Positions 27,455-37,773 of a DNA stretch of 64,000 nucleotides are shown here, piece after piece. Each line of letters opens with the position of its first letter. Position 1 is the stretch's first letter. Both the position numbers and the translations under genes were made by a program. This DNA comes from an uncultured Planctomycetales bacterium. Lineage in GTDB: Bacteria > Omnitrophota > Gorgyraeia > Zapsychrales > Zapsychraceae. A model generated the notes under the pieces. The model made no database searches and had not been told where the DNA came from. It saw only the letters and a program-made list of their open reading frames with translations. Location of the stretch: positions 65,232 through 129,231 of the forward strand of contig CAZHWM010000012.1 of NCBI GenBank assembly GCA_964535935.1, read 5' to 3'.

Positions 27455-28678
27455 CTATTTGAATCGAATATTAACCGACTCATAATGTTTTTGCAACCCC
27501 TCTAGCTTTGCAACTTTCTCAATAGGCTCTCTTATCTTCTCCAGCGCACGTTTAGAATAATATATAATATGCTGTGTCTTCATAAAGTCAGAAACACATA
27601 GCCCTGAAAAAAACCTTGCAGAGCCCATTGTAGGTAATACATGGCTTGGTCCTGCAGCATAATCACCTAATGCAGTTGGACTATAAGGGCCTAAAAATAT
27701 TGCTCCAGCATTTACGATTTTTCTTGCCACCTTAGCAGGATTATTAGTCAATATCTGTAGGTGTTCAGGAGCTATCTTATTCACAATCGTAACTGCCTCA
27801 TCTATATTTTTAGCATAAATAGCATAGCCTTCAGGCACATATTTCCGTAACTGTTTAATAAGCTGTTTTGACGTTGAAACCAGCACCCCAAGGCCTCCAA
27901 GATGCTCTACCTGCGCCTCAAGATCTGCTACAATAAACTTCGGATTACTATAACGGTTAGCAATAATCACAAGCTCTGATGGCCCTGCCAGCATATCGAT
28001 ATCCACATACCCAAAAAGCTGCCTCTTTGCCTCTGTAACAAACATATTCCCTGGGCCTATTATCTTATCTACCTTAGGTATAGTCTTTGTCCCACAGGCC
28101 ATGGCAGCTATTGCCTGTGCCCCGCCTATCTTATATATCTCGTTAACCTTCAACAAATTCGCAACTGCTAATATATAAGGATTAACACGGCCATCTGCTC
28201 CTGGCGGTGTGGCAATAACAATACGCTTAACACCTGCAACCTTTGCAGGGAGTACTGTCATATATACCGTAGATACAAGCGGAGCAGTACCTGCTGGGAT
28301 ATATATTCCTACTGTTTCTATAGGCACAATATTCTCTTTTAAAAGCACACCATCTGCATCACGAACACGGCATGGTTTATGATTCTGCTTTTTATAAAAT
28401 AAAGAAACATTATTAATAATAACTTTCAATGCAGAGATAAAATCACTGGTTATATCCTGAAATGCCCCACTTATCTCGCTCTCTGCTACCCTAAGTTGTT
28501 TGGTATTGAGTTTCACCTTATCAAATTTTTTTGTATATTGAATAAGGGCTGTATCTCCTTGCTGTTGAATATCTTTTATAATCTTACGTACTTTTTCCTC
28601 AACATGCCTTTTATGCGCAAACAAGTTACGATTATATAATTTCTGAATAGCCTGCCCTTTTTGTGTAAGTATCTTCAT
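27455..28678 (-). CDS. hisD: histidinol dehydrogenase
   Basis: VGIYIPAGTAPLVSTVYM, IGGAQAIAAMA, GPGNMFVTEAK and DLEAQVEH are present. Confidence 0.92.
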   Translation of the reverse strand: MKILTQKGQAIQKLYNRNLFAHKRHVEEKVRKIIKDIQQQGDTALIQYTKKFDKVKLNTKQLRVAESEISGAFQDITSDFISALKVIINNVSLFYKKQNHKPCRVRDADGVLLKENIVPIETVGIYIPAGTAPLVSTVYMTVLPAKVAGVKRIVIATPPGADGRVNPYILAVANLLKVNEIYKIGGAQAIAAMACGTKTIPKVDKIIGPGNMFVTEAKRQLFGYVDIDMLAGPSELVIIANRYSNPKFIVADLEAQVEHLGGLGVLVSTSKQLIKQLRKYVPEGYAIYAKNIDEAVTIVNKIAPEHLQILTNNPAKVARKIVNAGAIFLGPYSPTALGDYAAGPSHVLPTMGSARFFSGLCVSDFMKTQHIIYYSKRALEKIREPIEKVAKLEGLQKHYESVNIRFK

Positions 28679-28725
28679 CCTATTTATTCCTCACATAACA
28701 TTAATGGCAACATACCTTCTTAGCC

Positions 28726-31437
28726 TTACTTATTACTTTTATTTATCTTCTCTTTTACAATATCCTCTAACTTATTAAATACCTTATCAAATTTAGCAAT
28801 ATCCTTGCTTCCTGCCTGAGCCAGCTGAGGGCGACCTCCACCAGAACCATTCATAATAGGGGCTATCTCTGATATCAATTCATTGGCCTTAATCCCCCTA
28901 TCTATCACATCCTCAGAGACCGCAACTAACAATGATACCTCAAATTTAAAACGAGAAGCTAACAAAACAACAGCAGAATCACATTTTTGTCTGATTATAT
29001 CAGCCAACCGCCTTAAGGTAATAATATCAACATCATTAAAACAAACTTTTATAATATGTAAACCATTAATAACCTCTGCAGACTTTATTAGGTTATCAAG
29101 AGAACTTTTTATAGCAGAAAACCTTAATTCTGCGACATCCTTCTCCAAGGTCCTAATACGTTTTAGTTGATAATTTACTCTATCTACGACATCATCTACA
29201 GGGACCTTTAATATAGAAGCAACCTTCTTTAACAGATTCTCTTCAAAGTTAACAAAATCTAATGCCCCAAATCCTGTTTTAGCCTCTATCCTGCGAATCC
29301 CCTGAGCGACAGCGGTTTCTGATATAATCTTAAACAACCCTATCTGGCCAGTATTATCCACATGTGTTCCCCCGCAAAATTCTTTAGAGTAATTTCCTAT
29401 AGAAACCACCCTTACTACATCAGAATACCTTTCCCCAAAGAAAGCTAACGCCCCTGTATGTTTGGCTTCTTCTATAGGCAAATATTCCTTAGTTACAGTC
29501 TCTGTTGCAATAATATACTCGTTTACCTTACGTTCTACCAAACATAACTGTTCAGTATTCAGCTGCTTATGATGGGAAAAATCAAACCTAAGCCTATCCT
29601 CTGCTACATAAGACCCCTGCTGTTTAACATGAGCTCCTAATATCTCTCTTAATGCTGCCTGTAAAATGTGTGTAGCAGTATGGTTACGCATTATAGCCAT
29701 ACGACGGTCTATATCAATCTCAGCATGAACCTGTTCGTTTACTTTTAAACATCCTTTTTCTACAATGCCACAATGAATAAATATTTCATCTATCTTATGC
29801 GTGTCATACACCCTAACCATTACACCTTCTGCAGATATACATCCTGTATCTCCAAGCTGTCCTCCTGATTCTGCATAAAAAGGGGTTTTATCAAGTGCAA
29901 TCTTTACGTCTTCTCCTTTCTCTACCTCATTTACACTTTTCCCATTAACAAATATCTTTAATACAGTACTCGCTGTCCTACTCATTTTATACCCTAAAAA
30001 CTCTGTCTTAGGTAATCCAAGATCAAGAAGAGAGTAATCAAAGACACTTGCAGATATCTTGCTTAAGCTACGTGACTTCTCCTGCTGAGAACGCATAAGA
30101 GAATTAAACCTCTCTATTGCCTCATCCATATATTTATCTTTAATCTCATCCACCTCTTCTAAAACCGCAGTTATAACTGACAATGTAAGCCCAAAGGTAT
30201 CACGGTATTTAAATATCAGCCTACCCAATTCATCTGCGGCCTCTCTTGCTGATAACCTACCTAAACGTTCCACCAACTCATCCCTTTCTCTTCTCAATGC
30301 AGGGACCCTCTCTTTTCTAACCTTGATATAAGATGCCTCCACCCCCTTGATAAGCTCACTTATATCAGAAGATTTCTGGCTTATCTCTGGATAAATATCA
30401 CCCATAGCCTCAAGCACAGAAGGAACAAGTCTAAATATTATAACCGGGTTAGACTCTAAGGATTGCCTATCATCACTCTTAGACTGGATATTTAAGGCAA
30501 TATCTGCCATATCAATAATAAGTTTTTTAATAACATATCCCCTGCCTTCATTAGAAGGTATAACTCCATCAGCAATGGCAAACACAACAGCCCTTATATG
30601 ATCAGCTATACGATATCTCTCATACCTAGTAAGTTTTCTTTTATCTGACACATTAATAAATTTGTCAATAGCTGCCAAGATAGGCATAAACAAATCTATC
30701 TCGAAGTTATTTCTCTTACCTTGAACAACCGCTGATATACGCTCAAGTCCCATTCCTGTATCAATATTTTTATTAGGCAAAGGAATAAGTTCACCACCAT
30801 CTTTTCGTTCAAACTGAGTAAAAACAAGATTCCACACCTCAGAAAACCTTCCGCAATCGCAAGCAGGATTACAATTATCATTTTTACATTCAGGATTAGG
30901 ACCATAATCATAAAATATCTCAGAACACGGCCCGCACGGTCCATTAGGACCTTTCTCTTTGGCATCTGCAGGCCAAAAATTGCTATGATCACCCAGACGG
31001 ACAATCTTCTCCGGACTAATTCCTATTTTATTAAGCCATATTTGCTCTGCTTCTTTATCATCCTTATATACTGAAACCCATAACTTATCCTGCCCAATTC
31101 CTAATTCTTTAGTTAGAAATTCCCATGCCCAGGAAATAGCCTCTTCTTTAAAATAATCACCAAAAGAAAAATTACCTAACATCTCAAAAAATGTATGGTG
31201 AAAATCCGTCTTACCAACCATGTCTAAATCATCTGTCCTGAGACATTTCTGAGAGGTAGCTGCCCGATTGAAACCCTTAATATGGCCTAAAAACTGAGGT
31301 TTAAACTGTTGCATACCTGCAGTAGTAAACAATACAGTATCATCATCTTTTGGTATTAAAGAATCACTTGCGATTATACTATGTCCTTTTGAAGCAAAAA
31401 AATCCAAAAATTTTTTACGTATCTCATTAACTGTCAT
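28726..31437 (-). CDS. alaS: alanine--tRNA ligase
   Basis: LFTTAGMQQFKP, FEMLGNFSFGDYFK, the editing-domain motif HTATHIL...HV, and a C-terminal DHHA1-like GGGRPQLAQAG are present. The length is 903 aa. Confidence 0.95.
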   Translation of the reverse strand: MTVNEIRKKFLDFFASKGHSIIASDSLIPKDDDTVLFTTAGMQQFKPQFLGHIKGFNRAATSQKCLRTDDLDMVGKTDFHHTFFEMLGNFSFGDYFKEEAISWAWEFLTKELGIGQDKLWVSVYKDDKEAEQIWLNKIGISPEKIVRLGDHSNFWPADAKEKGPNGPCGPCSEIFYDYGPNPECKNDNCNPACDCGRFSEVWNLVFTQFERKDGGELIPLPNKNIDTGMGLERISAVVQGKRNNFEIDLFMPILAAIDKFINVSDKRKLTRYERYRIADHIRAVVFAIADGVIPSNEGRGYVIKKLIIDMADIALNIQSKSDDRQSLESNPVIIFRLVPSVLEAMGDIYPEISQKSSDISELIKGVEASYIKVRKERVPALRRERDELVERLGRLSAREAADELGRLIFKYRDTFGLTLSVITAVLEEVDEIKDKYMDEAIERFNSLMRSQQEKSRSLSKISASVFDYSLLDLGLPKTEFLGYKMSRTASTVLKIFVNGKSVNEVEKGEDVKIALDKTPFYAESGGQLGDTGCISAEGVMVRVYDTHKIDEIFIHCGIVEKGCLKVNEQVHAEIDIDRRMAIMRNHTATHILQAALREILGAHVKQQGSYVAEDRLRFDFSHHKQLNTEQLCLVERKVNEYIIATETVTKEYLPIEEAKHTGALAFFGERYSDVVRVVSIGNYSKEFCGGTHVDNTGQIGLFKIISETAVAQGIRRIEAKTGFGALDFVNFEENLLKKVASILKVPVDDVVDRVNYQLKRIRTLEKDVAELRFSAIKSSLDNLIKSAEVINGLHIIKVCFNDVDIITLRRLADIIRQKCDSAVVLLASRFKFEVSLLVAVSEDVIDRGIKANELISEIAPIMNGSGGGRPQLAQAGSKDIAKFDKVFNKLEDIVKEKINKSNK

Positions 31438-31502
31438 TAATCAGCCTCCCCTACAAAATATAAAAAAACTACTTATCTTCCAAAATCCTGTTTATAATTT
31501 CC

Positions 31503-32009
31503 CTATTTATATTTTTTTATCTTCCTCAATGCCTTACCAATGGCGCAACTGCTAAATCCTCGCCGAAGGAGGTATCCATATAACCTATGCTTCATTTTCT
31601 CCGTAGATATACCCTTATACTTAGAAACTTGTTTTTCAACCAAATGGGCCACTACATCATCTTCATCATAACTATCCTGCATAGCAGATGACAATTCATC
31701 CTCAATAATAGAATCATCAATACCCTTCTGCTGTAACTCTCTCTTTATCCTTACCCTACCAAATGGCTTAGCTAATCTCCATTCAATCCACTCACGTGCA
31801 AACCTACGGTCATCTATAATACCTATATCCTTAAAATAATCAACTACTCTAACAATAACCTCCTCATTAAATCCCTTTTTTTTTAATCTCTCACTCAATT
31901 CAGCCTCACTACGTATCCTGAACTTCAACAACCTTTGCGCTGCTGTTATTGCCTTCTTATAATCTTGAGATAAGATATCTCTCATAATTAAAGTCAAAAT
32001 ATAGGACAA
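31503..32009 (-). CDS. recX: recombination regulator RecX
   Basis: A 168-aa helical-repeat protein (RSEAELSERLKKKGF...VVDYFKDIGIIDDRRFA) lies directly downstream of recA, giving the conserved recA-recX-alaS order. Confidence 0.8.
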   Translation of the reverse strand: MSYILTLIMRDILSQDYKKAITAAQRLLKFRIRSEAELSERLKKKGFNEEVIVRVVDYFKDIGIIDDRRFAREWIEWRLAKPFGRVRIKRELQQKGIDDSIIEDELSSAMQDSYDEDDVVAHLVEKQVSKYKGISTEKMKHRLYGYLLRRGFSSCAIGKALRKIKKYK

Positions 32010-32019
32010 GAGGGAAATA

Positions 32020-33072
32020 TTAGATAGGTTTCAGATCAAACTTTGCGCGTATTTCTTTTTCTATCTTTTTTGCTATCTTAGGATTATTCTTTAAAAATTT
32101 ACGAACATTATCCTTCCCCTGACCTATCCGTTCACCACCATAAGAAAACCATGCACCTGATTTTTCAATAATTCCTTGCTTTACTGCTAAATCAAGGATA
32201 TCTGCCTCATAAGATATCCCCTCATCAAAATGTATCTCAAACTCTGCTTCCCTGAACGGTGCTGCAACTTTATTTTTTACAATCTTTGCCTTAACACGAT
32301 TTCCTATAATATGTTCTCCCCTCTTAATTGACTCAATACGTCGTAAATCTATACGAACAGAGGCATAAAACTTCAACGCCCTCCCTCCTGTAGTAGTCTC
32401 AGGAGAGCCAAACATAACACCTATCTTCATCCTTATTTGATTAATAAAAATTACACACGTATTTGACTTATTAATAACGGCTGTTAACTTTCTCAATGCC
32501 TGCGACATCAACCTAGCCTGCAACCCCATATGAGAGTCGCCCATATCACCTTCTATTTCAGCTCTCGGGGTAAGTGCAGCAACAGAATCTATGATAATTA
32601 CATCGACTGCGCTAGAACGAACTAGCGTCTCTGCAATCTCTAGAGCCTGTTCTCCAGTATCAGGTTGAGATACCAGAAGCTCCTCCAATTTAACTCCAAC
32701 TTTCTGTGCATAAGCAGAATCAAAGGCATGTTCTGCATCAATAAAAGCAGCAGTGCCTCCCATTTTTTGAACCTGATGTATAATACTTAATGTAAGAGTG
32801 GTCTTTCCAGAAGATTCTGGTCCAAATATCTCAACAACCCTGCCTCTTGGGACCCCCCCTACTCCAAGGGCAACATCCAGCGCAAACGAACCAGTAGGGA
32901 TAGCATCAACACCTTTAGCAACACTCCCATCCAATTTCATAATAGACCCCTTCCCAAACTGCTTCTCTATCTGAGAAAGGGCTAGTTCTAATGCCTTTTT
33001 CCTATTCTCTGACTCAAGGTTCTTTTTTGCATCAGAGTTTTTCTTTTGTTCTTTCATAACCTTTTTCCTCAC
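32020..33072 (-). CDS. recA: recombinase RecA
   Basis: [20 protein letters not shown], the Walker A motif [19 protein letters not shown] and [20 protein letters not shown] are present. Confidence 0.97.
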   Translation of the reverse strand: MRKKVMKEQKKNSDAKKNLESENRKKALELALSQIEKQFGKGSIMKLDGSVAKGVDAIPTGSFALDVALGVGGVPRGRVVEIFGPESSGKTTLTLSIIHQVQKMGGTAAFIDAEHAFDSAYAQKVGVKLEELLVSQPDTGEQALEIAETLVRSSAVDVIIIDSVAALTPRAEIEGDMGDSHMGLQARLMSQALRKLTAVINKSNTCVIFINQIRMKIGVMFGSPETTTGGRALKFYASVRIDLRRIESIKRGEHIIGNRVKAKIVKNKVAAPFREAEFEIHFDEGISYEADILDLAVKQGIIEKSGAWFSYGGERIGQGKDNVRKFLKNNPKIAKKIEKEIRAKFDLKPI

Positions 33073-33367
33073 TAATTAATAAGTATATATATAAAAAGAC
33101 CGACCAGGACAGTTAATAATAAGCTTCTGTTTTGTCCCTTAATTAAATTATAATGTTATTTATGATAATTTATATAAAAATATAAAAATTAATAAAGATG
33201 AGGTTGAATTATACATGACAATAAAAACCTTGTCAATTAATTGTCGGTTAATAGTAAAAAGGAAAACAGAAAATAATATTTATAATATCTATTATCGATT
33301 GTTTAGAAGTTGATCGAATATTTTAAAATTATTTATCAATTCATATACAGTGTCAATAGAGGTTATT

Positions 33368-34396
33368 TTAAATTATCATCATAGCATCTCCATAACTGTA
33401 AAATCTATATTTTCTTTTTATTGCTTCTTTATATGCCTTTTTCATTAGATTTGTGCCCCCAAAGGCATAAACAAGCATAAGAAGACTACTATGAGGTAAA
33501 TGAAAATTTGTAACAATCGTGTCTGTTAAATGGAATTTGTAGCCCGGATATATAAATATATCTGTATTGCCTTTTAAGGTAGGATTTTTACCCAATGCTA
33601 TTTCCTTACCTAATGTTTCAAGTACTCTACATGATGTTGTTCCTATGGCAACTATGGTTTGTTTCTGTTTTTTAGCCTTTATTAGTTCGTTAAAACTTTT
33701 CTCACCTACAGAATAAAATTCTGAATGCATTTTATGGTTTTCTATATCTTGCTCTTCTACGGGTTTAAATGTGGCATAGTTTATGTGTAAAGTTACTTTT
33801 ATTATTTTATGACCTTCTTTTTTTAGATTATTTAAAAGTTTTTTAGTAAAGTGAAGGCCAGCGGTAGGTGATGCAACTGATCCTTCTTTTCTGGCAAAGA
33901 CTGTTTGGTAGTAGTTTTTATCATCCAAATTGTCAACTCGTTTTATATACGGTGGCAAAGGAATATGTCCAAAGTTTTCTATGTATTCGGATATGTCTTT
34001 TTTATTGAAACCTACTATACGTTTCTCAACGTCTTTAAGTTGGGCATAGATTTGCCCGTCTCCGAATATTATCTTTTCATCTACTTTTATCTTTCTTAAA
34101 GGTCGTATTAATGTTTGATATAGATAGGGATTTGAAAGTCGTTTTAATAAAAATACTTCTACCTTCCCGTTAGTTTTTTCCCTTTTGCCTATAAGTCTTG
34201 CAGGTATTACTTTGCTATCATTTAATACAATAATAGAAGGAGACTTGAGATGTTTACCTATATTGTAAAATATGTCATGGTCTATAGTTTGGTTTTGTCT
34301 ATCTATTACCATAAGCCTAGCATGGTCTCTTTCTTTTAGAGGATATTGTGCAATAAGTTCTGGAGGAAGTTTGTATGCAAATTCTGATAATTTCAT
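33368..34396 (-). CDS. queA: S-adenosylmethionine:tRNA ribosyltransferase-isomerase
   Basis: LPPELIAQYP, RLMV, GSVASPTAGLHFT and VGTTSCRVLE are present. Confidence 0.93.
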   Translation of the reverse strand: MKLSEFAYKLPPELIAQYPLKERDHARLMVIDRQNQTIDHDIFYNIGKHLKSPSIIVLNDSKVIPARLIGKREKTNGKVEVFLLKRLSNPYLYQTLIRPLRKIKVDEKIIFGDGQIYAQLKDVEKRIVGFNKKDISEYIENFGHIPLPPYIKRVDNLDDKNYYQTVFARKEGSVASPTAGLHFTKKLLNNLKKEGHKIIKVTLHINYATFKPVEEQDIENHKMHSEFYSVGEKSFNELIKAKKQKQTIVAIGTTSCRVLETLGKEIALGKNPTLKGNTDIFIYPGYKFHLTDTIVTNFHLPHSSLLMLVYAFGGTNLMKKAYKEAIKRKYRFYSYGDAMMII

Positions 34397-34405
34397 ATTA
34401 TCTTT

Positions 34406-35644
34406 TTAATAATATTTAACAATATTTGTTCCAGGATAGTAATATTGTAAAATTTCTTTATATTTATATCCTTGTTTTGCCATATTGTATGCACCCCACT
34501 GACACATCCCAACACCATGGCCCCAACCTTTGCCAATGAGGTCAAAATAATAACCTTTCATTATCACATTATAAAGGTTGCTTTTTATATTATTAGGCCC
34601 TATTATTTCTCTGAACTTTTTGCCTGATATAGTTATTGATTTACCGTCACGACAAATAATCTGTAATTCTTTTACTCTTCCGCTATTATCTCGTTTTATA
34701 ATTTTTATTTCTTTTATTAATCCTAGGTGATATCCATTTTGATTCAATTTATCTTGAATATCTTTTAAACGAAAATTTTTTTTCCATTTTGAGTGTGGTG
34801 ATGACTTACAAAATTTACAAATTCGCCCTTTTAACGGAGGAATGTTATATCCCCACAGCTCATTTGCATCTTCGGTATGCCCACCACAGTTAGAATGAAA
34901 ATACGCCGGAATTATATCACCTTTATACAATAATACTTCCCCTCTTGTTTTTCGTATAGCTACATTCGTCCGATATCTTTCCGCATTCCTTCCGCCATAT
35001 ACTTGTGAATATATGTCACTAGTTACATCATAGGTATGGGACCGGTTTTCTTTCATACGATATAATGCATACGTCCTGGCTGCGACCGCTTGTGCTTTTA
35101 GTGCTTCTATTGGCCAGTAAAACGGCATTTCATGATACAAAACACCTCGTAAATAATATTCTATATTTATGGTATTGACTATTAATAACGTATTATTATT
35201 TTGTGCACTTATATCTATATATCCTCTAAATTTACGAAGTTTGCCATTGATATATATGATGGAGTATTTTTTAGGATATATACGTATTCGTTTAGTTGAG
35301 AGGCATTTTCTACCTATATATATGCTATTTTTTAAAGTTATTGGCGTTCGCCTTAAATATTTTCCTTTATATAATATTATATTTTTCTCAAGATCAATAA
35401 GCTTATACTCCCCGTGTACTGCACAAGTTACTTGTTTTGTTTGTTTTATTAAGGCTACTCTTATAAACTGTCTTTGAGCATGGGTATAATTTGCATACAT
35501 AGTATGGATAGATATAAACAATGTGCTCACCAAAACCGCAAATTTTTTAAGAATACATTTATGATTATATGATATACTAAAAATACGGATAGATAATACT
35601 TCAAGGATAGTATTTTTATTATGTGTTATTATTTCTGGTTCCAT
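34406..35644 (-). CDS. SpoIID/LytB domain-containing protein (lytic transglycosylase-like)
   Basis: YLRGVLYHEMP, EALKAQAVAARTYAL, YFHSNCGGHTE and GHGVGMCQWGA are present. The N-terminal start is uncertain and overlaps the upstream small gene. Confidence 0.8.
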   Translation of the reverse strand: MEPEIITHNKNTILEVLSIRIFSISYNHKCILKKFAVLVSTLFISIHTMYANYTHAQRQFIRVALIKQTKQVTCAVHGEYKLIDLEKNIILYKGKYLRRTPITLKNSIYIGRKCLSTKRIRIYPKKYSIIYINGKLRKFRGYIDISAQNNNTLLIVNTINIEYYLRGVLYHEMPFYWPIEALKAQAVAARTYALYRMKENRSHTYDVTSDIYSQVYGGRNAERYRTNVAIRKTRGEVLLYKGDIIPAYFHSNCGGHTEDANELWGYNIPPLKGRICKFCKSSPHSKWKKNFRLKDIQDKLNQNGYHLGLIKEIKIIKRDNSGRVKELQIICRDGKSITISGKKFREIIGPNNIKSNLYNVIMKGYYFDLIGKGWGHGVGMCQWGAYNMAKQGYKYKEILQYYYPGTNIVKYY

Positions 35645-35835
35645 AGAGATAGTAATATACTGAGTATGAGACTGACTAAAATACAGGTGGCAAGGGGAAA
35701 ATAGAATGCAAAATTTTCTTTTTTGATAAAAATATCTCCTGGTAATCTACCTAGCCATGGGATTTTACCTATAATATATGCAGCTATTCCCGCAATAATG
35801 AATATAATTCCTATTGTAATTAACAATTTAGCCAT
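35629..35835 (-). CDS. DUF2905 family small membrane protein
   Basis: The protein is 68 aa with two TM segments and the motif GRLPGDIFIKKENFAFYFP. Confidence 0.65.
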   Translation of the reverse strand: MAKLLITIGIIFIIAGIAAYIIGKIPWLGRLPGDIFIKKENFAFYFPLATCILVSLILSILLSLWNQK

Positions 35836-36955
35836 TGTTACTATCTATTGATAAACTTAATAGGTTAATATGTTTTTTAGCTAGTTCTGTTAATTCTCTA
35901 CCACGTTGAGTCCTTCTTATATACCCCATCTTCAGAAGATATGGTTCGATAACCTCCACCAATGTATCGACCTCTTCATTTAATGTAGCAGCAAGAGTTT
36001 CTACTCCTACAGGACCACCATTATAGTTATTGTGAATAAGCTTCAGAAGTCTTATATCTATTTCATCTAATCCTTGGCTATCTATACCCAATGTTTTCAT
36101 TGCAGATTTAACTACAGTTGTATTTATAATGCCTTCTTTTGTTCTTACCTGTGCATAATCCCTAACACGCCTAAGTAGTCTGTTTGCGATTCTCGGTGTC
36201 CCACGCGACCTTTTGGCGATCTCTAATGCCGCACTTTCATCAATAGGTATATTAAGCTTTTTAGCAGATCTTATAATTATCTTACTCAGGTCCTCATGAC
36301 TATAAAATTCCAGGTGGTAAAATATACCAAAACGAGTACGTAAAGGTGAAGTGAGTAGACCACTACGTGTTGTTGCTCCTATAAGAGTAAAAGGTTTTAA
36401 GTTAAAATTGATAGTTCTAGCATAAGGCCCTTTATCTACAACAAAATCTATTTTAAAATTTTCCATAGCAGGATATAAAAATTCTTCTACCACCTTTGAC
36501 AATCTATGTATTTCATCTATAAATAAAATATCGCCTGTTTCTAAATTAGTTAATATACCTATAAGATCTCCTGCCCGTTCTATTGCTGGGCCGGAAGTTA
36601 TTGTAATCCGTGCATCCATCTCATGTGCAACTATATTTGCCAGAGAAGTCTTCCCCAGTCCTGGTGGTCCTGATAATAGTATGTGCTCTATAGCTTCTTT
36701 CCTTTGTTTCGCTGCCTCTAAAGATACCTTAAGGCTCTCCACTATGTCTGTTTGTCCTATAAAATCATCCAAACTTAGTGGTCGTAATGACAAACTGTAA
36801 ACTTTATCTTCTTCTGTCGATTGTCGTACAGGAGATTTTTTTATCTTCTCTGTTATATTATTATCTACAGGTATTTTTAGTTTTCTATCATTGATGTTAA
36901 TTTTTTGCTGAAATATTATTTTTTTTTCTTTTCCCATAGCACATAGAAATATCAA
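35828..36955 (-). CDS. ruvB: Holliday junction branch migration helicase RuvB
   Basis: LRPLSLDDFIGQ, LLSGPPGLGKTSLA, ILFIDEIHRL and RGTPRIANRLLRRVRD are present. There is an N-terminal extension, and the alternative start MGKEKK lies at 36937. Confidence 0.95.
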   Translation of the reverse strand: MIFLCAMGKEKKIIFQQKININDRKLKIPVDNNITEKIKKSPVRQSTEEDKVYSLSLRPLSLDDFIGQTDIVESLKVSLEAAKQRKEAIEHILLSGPPGLGKTSLANIVAHEMDARITITSGPAIERAGDLIGILTNLETGDILFIDEIHRLSKVVEEFLYPAMENFKIDFVVDKGPYARTINFNLKPFTLIGATTRSGLLTSPLRTRFGIFYHLEFYSHEDLSKIIIRSAKKLNIPIDESAALEIAKRSRGTPRIANRLLRRVRDYAQVRTKEGIINTTVVKSAMKTLGIDSQGLDEIDIRLLKLIHNNYNGGPVGVETLAATLNEEVDTLVEVIEPYLLKMGYIRRTQRGRELTELAKKHINLLSLSIDSNNG

Positions 36956-36980
36956 ACTTGTTGTTTCAATAAAATAATAA

Positions 36981-37727
36981 TCAATTATGTACTGGTTCTA
37001 TATTCTCTTTATTTCGTATTATTTTTATCTCTTTAAAGGGTTTTTTTTGGACTGCTCTGATCTCTTTTAGTCGTATTAATTCTAATATAGCAAGAAATGT
37101 CACAATTATATCTATTTTATTTCTTGTGTCTTCAAATAATTCTGTCAACAAAATGGATTCTCTTTCTATCATACAATGTAATATTTTATGTATCTTTTCT
37201 TCGACAGTAGCCTCATCTTTAACTACTATTTCATGAATTATTCCTTTTGGTTGTCGATTTAGCGCAGATGTTAAAGCACTAATTAAATCAAACAGATTTG
37301 CATCAAAATAAATTTCTGTTGCCTCTTCTTTTAGTTGAGTTAATTTTTTTTCATCAACACCTCTTGAAAACAAAGCACTCCTTTCTCTTTCTTTTTTTTG
37401 AAGCACCTCAGCAAGTTCTTTAAATTTTTTATATTCATATAATCTTCTTATAAGTTCATCTTTAGGATCAGGTTCATCCTCATCTTCATATTCAGGATTT
37501 TGTGGCAGCAACATCCTTGATTTGATCTGCATTAAGGTTGCTGCCATAACTAAAAAATCTCCTACTACATCAAGGTTAAGTATCTTCATCATCTCTATAT
37601 ATTGCATATATTGTTCTGTCACCTCGACTATAGGGATATCTTTAATATCTATGTCATTCTTTTTTATTAGGTAAAGTAACAAATCTAGCGGACCTTCAAA
37701 TATATCTAATTTAAGTTTATATTTCAT
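36981..37727 (-). CDS. scpA: segregation and condensation protein A
   Basis: FEGPLDLLLYLIKKNDIDIKDIPIVEVTEQY and the C-terminal VTFLAILELIR are present. Confidence 0.85.
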   Translation of the reverse strand: MKYKLKLDIFEGPLDLLLYLIKKNDIDIKDIPIVEVTEQYMQYIEMMKILNLDVVGDFLVMAATLMQIKSRMLLPQNPEYEDEDEPDPKDELIRRLYEYKKFKELAEVLQKKERERSALFSRGVDEKKLTQLKEEATEIYFDANLFDLISALTSALNRQPKGIIHEIVVKDEATVEEKIHKILHCMIERESILLTELFEDTRNKIDIIVTFLAILELIRLKEIRAVQKKPFKEIKIIRNKENIEPVHN

Positions 37728-37773
37728 TATGATTTTATAACATTATGGAAAGTTTTTAAGGAAGATCTCCCTT

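Noticed and set aside
30696-31004. Same-strand out-of-frame ORFs inside alaS (102 aa). Similar cases are 12096..12335 inside wzx and 55926..56117 inside the aminotransferase gene.
   Set aside because: They sit in alternative frames of well-supported genes and show no independent signal.
33107-33137. Inverted repeat GGACA...TGTCC (with ACAG-N14-CTGT inside) about 40 nt upstream of recA, considered as a LexA/SOS box.
   Set aside because: The arms are only 5 bp. The spacing and sequence do not match any SOS-box consensus I know (CTGT-N8-ACAG, GAAC-N4-GTTC and others). No lexA is present in the window to support it.
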